Below, piece after piece: positions 6,563-11,484 of a stretch of DNA of 11,484 nucleotides. Source of the DNA: Promethearchaeota archaeon (GTDB lineage Archaea; Asgardarchaeota; Lokiarchaeia; Sigyniarchaeales; SOKP01); contig JAHLWE010000123.1 in NCBI GenBank assembly GCA_019058135.1, positions 1-11,484 of the forward strand. The letters are read 5' to 3'. Position 1 is the first letter of the stretch. Every line of letters starts with the position of its first letter. A program made the translations under genes and the position numbers. The notes beneath the pieces were generated by a model. That model had not been told where the DNA came from. It searched no databases and saw only the letters and a program-made list of their open reading frames with translations.

Positions 6563-7798
6563 TCATTCATCATTTAAATCTTCTGATAATAACTTTTTCT
6601 CTTTCTTTTCTTTTTCCTTTAGAATCTTTAGATTATCGTCCAATGACATCATTAATTCAACACCACCAGTTCCCATAGGGACTATCTGACCAATTATAAC
6701 ATTTTCAGGAATTCCAAGCAAAAGTTCTTCTTCTCCATATATTCCGGCATCTAAAAGTTGATTTACTGTCACTTCAAACGCTGCTCTTGCAAATACACTT
6801 GATTTTGACCCAGAAATTCCATGCCGTCCAATAGATAAAACTGTTCCATTTTGACACATTAAGTCTGACAAAATCAGTAGATGCCTTAAATCAACATCTA
6901 AACCTTGATCTTCAAGAACTTGCAATGCTTCATTAATTAAGAGGTTACGAGCTGCTTCGATTCCGAAAATTTTTTGAACCTCATGAATATGATTTGAGTA
7001 GGTTCTTGTTGAATCTACACCTTCAATCTCAAGAACGCCTTGTAAATTAGTTCCTTCTGTCTGTATTATCCATTCATTAACCTTTGAATCTTTTGTTATT
7101 AATCCTCTCTTTATACCTCTTACTCCCTTAATTACTTTCTTTAGGATTTTTTCTCTTAGTTTTTGAAGTTTTTGTAAATCTTCTATTCCAGGATCTATTA
7201 TAATCGAATTTTGTTCTTTTTTAATTGAACCTTTTTTTTTGTAACGTTTTAAAATCTTGGGAATTTCATCAATACTTATACCTTTTTTTTTTAACATTTC
7301 TGGGATTAAATTGATGTGGATACGCCATTCTATGAAATCTAAATCTACATCATATGTAATATTTTCAATTCTGATTTGTTCAATACGATTATGAACTTCT
7401 TTAGCCTTTTCTTCATCATGAGCATATTCTTCTCCTAAAAATATTTTCATAATTGGAGTTGAAGGAAATCGGCGAGCATCAACCAATTCGATTAAACGTG
7501 GAAGACCTTGAGTAACCGAGAATTCTGCAACGCCTGCGTAATGGAACGTCCGCAAAGTCATTTGTGTTCCTGGTTCTCCTATACTCTGAGCCGCAACTGT
7601 TCCAACTGGTTCAGCAGGCTCTACTAGTGAATTCATATATATAATGTAAAGTCTATCTGCTAAGTAATCTATTTGAGATTCGGTTAGTTGTTCCTTCATT
7701 AATTTTTCTTTAGCATGTTTTACTAAATCATGAGGAATTCCATCTTTTTCAAGACTTTCTAAACAATTATCGATATATCTTTCCGACGCTTTTGACAT
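6563..7798 (-). CDS. rpoA2: DNA-directed RNA polymerase subunit A'' (Rpo1C)
   Basis: 411 aa: [51 protein letters not shown] (trigger-loop region) and a C-terminal ...[41 protein letters not shown]. It starts 27 nt after the rpoA1 stop. The length excludes an intein. Confidence 0.95.
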   Translation of the reverse strand: MSKASERYIDNCLESLEKDGIPHDLVKHAKEKLMKEQLTESQIDYLADRLYIIYMNSLVEPAEPVGTVAAQSIGEPGTQMTLRTFHYAGVAEFSVTQGLPRLIELVDARRFPSTPIMKIFLGEEYAHDEEKAKEVHNRIEQIRIENITYDVDLDFIEWRIHINLIPEMLKKKGISIDEIPKILKRYKKKGSIKKEQNSIIIDPGIEDLQKLQKLREKILKKVIKGVRGIKRGLITKDSKVNEWIIQTEGTNLQGVLEIEGVDSTRTYSNHIHEVQKIFGIEAARNLLINEALQVLEDQGLDVDLRHLLILSDLMCQNGTVLSIGRHGISGSKSSVFARAAFEVTVNQLLDAGIYGEEELLLGIPENVIIGQIVPMGTGGVELMMSLDDNLKILKEKEKKEKKLLSEDLNDE

Positions 7799-7825
7799 TA
7801 ATTATTATCTCTAGATTGTAAAATT

Positions 7826-10765
7826 TTATTTTTTAACTCCATATTTTTCTTTTTTCCATTCATTAAATTGTTTTGTTTGTTTTCCACGCCAGATTGCCTT
7901 TTTCCCTGTTTCATTTTCAAATTCTTGAATTAGAGATTCTTCATCAAGACTTTTTTTATCTTTTTTCGTTGGTTGCTTTAGAATTTTGTTTTTTGTTTTT
8001 TTTACAGGAACTTTTTTCACTGATGCTTTTTTCACTGGTGCTTTTTTCACCGAAGTTTTAATAGTTGGTATTTTCTTGATAGATTTTAACGCTTTGGCTT
8101 TTAATATTAAAAGATCAAGGTTTATTGCTAAACCATGGTCGCTCTTAGAGGGGTCAATTCCATCATCTCCAAATTGAAATTGAACAATACTCTTATTAGC
8201 ATCTCTTACAGTATTATCATTTTCAACCTTTACATCTTGTAATGCATTAACTAACCTTCTTTGCATATATCCACTCTGACTGGTTCTAACAGCAGTATCA
8301 ACAAGTCCCTCTCTACCACCCATTGAATGGAAGAAAAACTCTTCAGGATTTAAACCTTTTCGATATGATGAGGAAACAAATCCTCTTGCTTTAGCAGAGA
8401 GATCACTAATCTTATAGTGAGGTAATGTTCTCTTTATATAACCTCGATGTATTCTTTCACCCCGAATTGCTTGTTGCCCAACCACTGCAGCCATTTGACC
8501 AAGATTTAGAGGATTACCTCGCGCTCCAGACTTTGTCATTATAACCGAATGGGCTTGATCTCCAATATCAATGGAGGCAATGGTTTCAGCTTTCTTTCTT
8601 GCATCGTTTAATATCCCTCTAATTCTTAATTCCAAAGTTTCTTTTAAAGTTCTTCCCGGGGCTCGAGATAAAATAGTGTCATCTTTATTATGGTATGCTT
8701 CTATGAGTTCTTCACATTCTATATTTGCTTTATCTATAGCATTTATGATTTCTTCCATTGCATCACCTTTTACAAAAACTTCATCTAGACCAATAGTAAT
8801 CCCATTCATTCTGATTACATAAAGGAGCATTTGTATCGAATTATCCAAAAACACTCTCCCTCTTTCATTTCCATTATCTTTTATTATTCGGTGTAAAATA
8901 CTATTTGGTTTCATTGCTCCAAAAGTTGCTTCATCAATAGTTCCAGTTAACAATTTCCCGTTTTCAATATGAACATATGCATCATATTCACAATCATCCT
9001 CTTTACATACGTCACATTTCTTGCAAAACTTTGATCTTTTCCGTAAATTTAAGTCTTGTGGAAATAATGCACTAAAAATTGACTTTCCAGAATATTTTGG
9101 CTCTGGATCAGTTATTACTGGTGTTAAATCAATTATTGAAAAATCTGGATTTGTGTCAAATATTCTACCTAAATATAATAATTTTAAAGTATCCTTAATA
9201 TTATAAACAGAGTCCTTACTTGTAAATTGATAAACAGTAGATATAAAATCCTGAATTCCACCTATTATTGGCCCACCAAAACGAGGAGATAACATATGTT
9301 CTTGAACTTTTAAAAGTAATTCTGCTTCAGTCCTTGCCTCTTCACTCTGAGGGACATGTAAATTCATCTCATCCCCGTCAAAATCTGCATTATATGGAGG
9401 ACAAATTGTCAAATTTAATCTAAATGTTCTTCCGTCCATAATTTTTACTTCATGAGCCATAATTGACATTCTATGAAGTGAAGGTTGGCGATTAAATAAA
9501 ACTAAATCTCCATTATTAAGGTGCCTTTCAACAATATAACCAGGCACTAGAGTTTCTGCAATTACATCTCTATTCTTAACATATCGGAGATCTATTCTAC
9601 GATTATCAGTTCTTATTATATAATTTGCTCCCGGATGCTCAATTGGTCCATTTATAACCAGTTGTTTCATCTCTTCAATATTCCAAGGATTTACGTTTGA
9701 TGGAATTGTGAGTATTTTTGCAATACTGGTTGGTACTCCCACATCATTAATACTAATATGAGGATTAGGTGAAATTACACTTCTGGCGGAAAAATCTACT
9801 CGTTTTCCACTCAAATTACTTCTAAATCGTCCCTCCTTACCCTTTAATCTCTGTGTAATTGTTCTTAAGGCTCTACCAGATCTATGCCGTGCAGGAGGAA
9901 TTCCAGAAACTTCATTATCAAAATATGTTGTAATATGATATTGTAAAAGTTCCCACAGGTCTTCCACAATAAGATGTGGTGCGCCAGCGTCAAGATTTTC
10001 TCTCAATCTTTGGTTTATACGGATTACATCAACTAATTTATGAGTTAAATCATCCTCCGATCTAATTCCACTATCTAAAGTAATTGAAGGTCTAACACAA
10101 ACTGGTGGGATGGGTAAAACCTCCAATACTGTCCATTCAGGTCTAGCAGAAGCTGGAGAGATTCCCATAATTCTAAGGTCATTATCAGAAATTTTTATTA
10201 ACCTTTCTCTAATATCCATTGGAGTCAATCTTCTTGAACCTTTACCCTCCTCCTCTTCATAAAAAGTAGTGGGTTTCTCAATAACAATTTTTTTCTTTCT
10301 TGCTCCACAATATGGACATTTTTTTGTTTTTCTCGCTGATTTAAAAATTAACTTAGTTAATTCTTCATCACTTTCAAAATACATCTCACGATGTTTCTCT
10401 TGTTCTTTAATAGATTTTTCCTTTTCTTCATGTGTGAGCATGAGCATTGAACATTCTGGGCATATGCTACGGAGGATCTTTAAAACCTTCTTTGCATATC
10501 CGCAATGAATAATGGGTCTTGCCATTTCGATGTGGCCAAAATGTCCCATACATTGACTTACAAGATTTCCGCACGTTCGACAACGTTGGCCAGGTTCAAT
10601 CGTGCCCAAACGTTGATCCATAAGGCCAGATGGGATAGGGAGACCATCTTCATCATATGTATCGGCAGTAATTATTCTAGCACTAGATAATTTACGTATT
10701 TCATCTGGAGAGAGGATTCCGAACCTAATTTTTTCGACTATCTTGGTTTTTAAATAACTACTCAA
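7826..10765 (-). CDS. rpoA1: DNA-directed RNA polymerase subunit A' (Rpo1N) with a lysine-rich C-terminal extension
   Basis: 979 aa: FGILSPDEIRKLS, Zn motifs CRTCGN...CMGHFGH and CPEC...CPYCG, RSNLSGKRVDFSARSVISP, and the catalytic PYNADFDGDEMNLHVPQS. The start codon is TTG (10763..10765), with an in-frame TGA 4 codons upstream. The first ATG is at residue 49, downstream of the conserved N-terminal block FGILSPDEIRKLS. GAGGT lies 9 nt upstream. Confidence 0.95.
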   Translation of the reverse strand: MSSYLKTKIVEKIRFGILSPDEIRKLSSARIITADTYDEDGLPIPSGLMDQRLGTIEPGQRCRTCGNLVSQCMGHFGHIEMARPIIHCGYAKKVLKILRSICPECSMLMLTHEEKEKSIKEQEKHREMYFESDEELTKLIFKSARKTKKCPYCGARKKKIVIEKPTTFYEEEEGKGSRRLTPMDIRERLIKISDNDLRIMGISPASARPEWTVLEVLPIPPVCVRPSITLDSGIRSEDDLTHKLVDVIRINQRLRENLDAGAPHLIVEDLWELLQYHITTYFDNEVSGIPPARHRSGRALRTITQRLKGKEGRFRSNLSGKRVDFSARSVISPNPHISINDVGVPTSIAKILTIPSNVNPWNIEEMKQLVINGPIEHPGANYIIRTDNRRIDLRYVKNRDVIAETLVPGYIVERHLNNGDLVLFNRQPSLHRMSIMAHEVKIMDGRTFRLNLTICPPYNADFDGDEMNLHVPQSEEARTEAELLLKVQEHMLSPRFGGPIIGGIQDFISTVYQFTSKDSVYNIKDTLKLLYLGRIFDTNPDFSIIDLTPVITDPEPKYSGKSIFSALFPQDLNLRKRSKFCKKCDVCKEDDCEYDAYVHIENGKLLTGTIDEATFGAMKPNSILHRIIKDNGNERGRVFLDNSIQMLLYVIRMNGITIGLDEVFVKGDAMEEIINAIDKANIECEELIEAYHNKDDTILSRAPGRTLKETLELRIRGILNDARKKAETIASIDIGDQAHSVIMTKSGARGNPLNLGQMAAVVGQQAIRGERIHRGYIKRTLPHYKISDLSAKARGFVSSSYRKGLNPEEFFFHSMGGREGLVDTAVRTSQSGYMQRRLVNALQDVKVENDNTVRDANKSIVQFQFGDDGIDPSKSDHGLAINLDLLILKAKALKSIKKIPTIKTSVKKAPVKKASVKKVPVKKTKNKILKQPTKKDKKSLDEESLIQEFENETGKKAIWRGKQTKQFNEWKKEKYGVKK
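7997..8056 (-). repeat. 4 x 15-bp tandem repeat inside the rpoA1 3' extension, encoding pentapeptide xxVKK repeats
   Basis: Plus-strand units: tttttttacaggaac / ttttttcactgatgc / ttttttcactggtgc / ttttttcaccgaagt. Minus-strand translation: TSVKK-APVKK-ASVKK-VPVKK. Confidence 0.85.
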
Positions 10766-10800
10766 AGAGTAAGGACCTCATTTTATTTTTTTATATATTG
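10766..10800 (-). promoter_or_regulatory. rpoA1 translation-initiation and proximal promoter elements
   Basis: The minus strand reads CAATATATAAAAAAATAAAATGAGGTCCTTACTCT-TTG. The SD-like GAGGT is the revcomp of 10775..10779, with 9-nt spacing to the TTG. The TATA-like ATATATAA is the revcomp of 10791..10798. That TATA sits close to the SD, so the real TSS may lie further upstream. Confidence 0.35.
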
Positions 10801-11088
10801 ATTGAAATAAGAAATAAACCTACAAAACAAGTTAGAATAAATCTTATAATTTTGGTTTGTAATATTTTCTCATGAAGCAAATCTTAAAAATTTTTCTAAA
10901 ATTTTAGTTTTAACTCGATTAAACAGCAAATTAAGTCAAACAAAATAAGCCTTTTTTTATATTTAAAATTTTATCTAAATATTAGCCATCATATCAAAGA
11001 AAAGTTATCTACAACGCAAAAAGACATAATAAATCTAAAATAAAGAAAATATATTGAGAAATATTGGCAAATTGAGCGAATTGAAACC

Positions 11089-11112
11089 AAAAATCGTTAT
11101 TCCCAGCAACGA
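11089..11112 (-). terminator. Hairpin plus T5 terminator candidate downstream of the right-edge small ORF
   Basis: The minus strand reads TCGTT-GCTGGGAAT-AACGA-TTTTT, a 5-bp stem, 9-nt loop and T5. It lies about 37 nt after the TAG stop at 11149..11151. Confidence 0.4.
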
Positions 11113-11148
11113 AACACGATTCTCTACATAAAATTCAAGGGATCGCCA

Positions 11149-11484
11149 CTATACTTTTTGATTTAATATTGTAAAGCCGCAAGAAGAAACATTGAACTTT
11201 TTTATGTATTTTTCTATAATCTCCCTTGTCCGAATATCCTTTTCATTCGCTTCAAGAAACTCTTCAAAGTTTTCAAGATCTTTGAAGACCATTTGCTCTG
11301 TATATTTGTTTTTTTTCTGAGTAAATTGGTAGGAAAAGTACTTTTTCACTTCCATGGGCATAAATAATTCATACCGCTTACAGTAGTGGGATTCATAAAG
11401 CGGTTTCAATTTTTCCCTTGCAAACTTAATGAAGTCTTCCAACTTTTCTGGAGGCACCTCACACGACCATTGAACCAGAATCAA
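11149..11484 (-). CDS. Hypothetical small protein, predicted beta-alpha-beta-beta-alpha-beta (ferredoxin-like, ABM/Dabb/NIPSNAP-like) fold; 5' end may run off the window
   Basis: Uninterrupted 111-codon frame to the window edge. The first in-window codon is TTG, so the M in the ORF track is not proof of a start. The alternating pattern is ILVQWSCEV (strand), PEKLEDFIKFAREKLKPLYESH (helix), KRYELFMP (strand), YTEQMVFKD (strand), LENFEEFLEANEKD...IEKYIKKF (helix), CGFTILNQ (strand). I recognise no family-specific motif. Confidence 0.45.
   Translation of the reverse strand: MILVQWSCEVPPEKLEDFIKFAREKLKPLYESHYCKRYELFMPMEVKKYFSYQFTQKKNKYTEQMVFKDLENFEEFLEANEKDIRTREIIEKYIKKFNVSSCGFTILNQKV

Noticed and set aside
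7997-8056. The 15-bp tandem repeat as a possible CRISPR or other non-coding repeat array
   Set aside because: The units are directly adjacent with no spacers, in frame, and translate to xxVKK pentapeptides within the continuous rpoA1 ORF. It is a coding tandem repeat.
7873-10690. Six plus-strand ORFs of 61-83 aa (7873..8061, 7986..8177, 8571..8822, 9021..9206, 10269..10508, 10505..10690) lying antisense to rpoA1
   Set aside because: All lie wholly inside the strongly supported rpoA1 CDS. Their translations are F/L/I/S-rich low-complexity strings, as expected from reading a K/E/N-rich gene backwards in an AT-rich genome. No motifs or start contexts support them.
6563-10765. Intein insertion in RpoA' or RpoA'', which are known intein hosts in some archaea
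   Set aside because: The conserved blocks are contiguous and subunit lengths are near normal apart from the C-terminal tail. I saw no intein splicing block motifs or endonuclease motifs.
10801-11088. tRNA, C/D-box sRNA or other structured ncRNA in the long spacer upstream of rpoA1, and likewise in the spacers 4041..4215 and 5454..5602
   Set aside because: There are no G+C-rich stem-forming segments, no RUGAUGA/CUGA box pairs and no cloverleaf-compatible sequence. The spacers are uniformly AT-rich. Only terminator-like hairpins were retained as features.
11482-11484. The M at the start of the right-edge ORF in the supplied track
   Set aside because: The codon is TTG at the window boundary, so the M reflects the ORF caller's convention. 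The ORF is treated as possibly 5'-incomplete.

Overview
AT-rich archaeal chromosomal segment (by eye about 30% G+C), possibly from an uncultured Asgard/Lokiarchaeia-like or other low-GC lineage; lineage cannot be fixed from this window. It holds a rearranged version of the conserved archaeal RNA polymerase / 'str' information-processing cluster. On the minus strand: rpoA1 (A'), rpoA2 (A''), rpl30e, nusA, then rps12 inverted onto the plus strand, then rps7. The left end carries tfs (5'-partial), the rps27e-rpl44e pair and a lone pyrB. All housekeeping calls rest on motifs read directly from the translations (NADFDGD, STRTR/HPLPR, the TFIIS-type RSADE zinc ribbon, KH GxxG loops and others). The stand-out gene is a 709-aa ORF (1911..4040, minus) between pyrB and rps7. 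It reads as an ArsR-like winged helix, then an ATP-cone, then a full-length but apparently catalytically dead class III ribonucleotide reductase (NrdD) core. The glycyl-radical C-terminus, the Zn-ribbon cysteines and the thiyl-radical Cys context all appear to be missing. I propose it is a nucleotide-sensing transcription regulator built from an NrdD pseudoenzyme, an architecture I do not recognise as described. Secondary observations: single-gene inversion of rps12; rpoA1 uncoupled from rpoB and starting at TTG; an 86-aa lysine-rich repeat tail plus a small W/F module on RpoA'; pyrB without pyrI; a small ferredoxin-like-fold ORF at the right edge. No tRNA, rRNA, CRISPR or mobile element was found.
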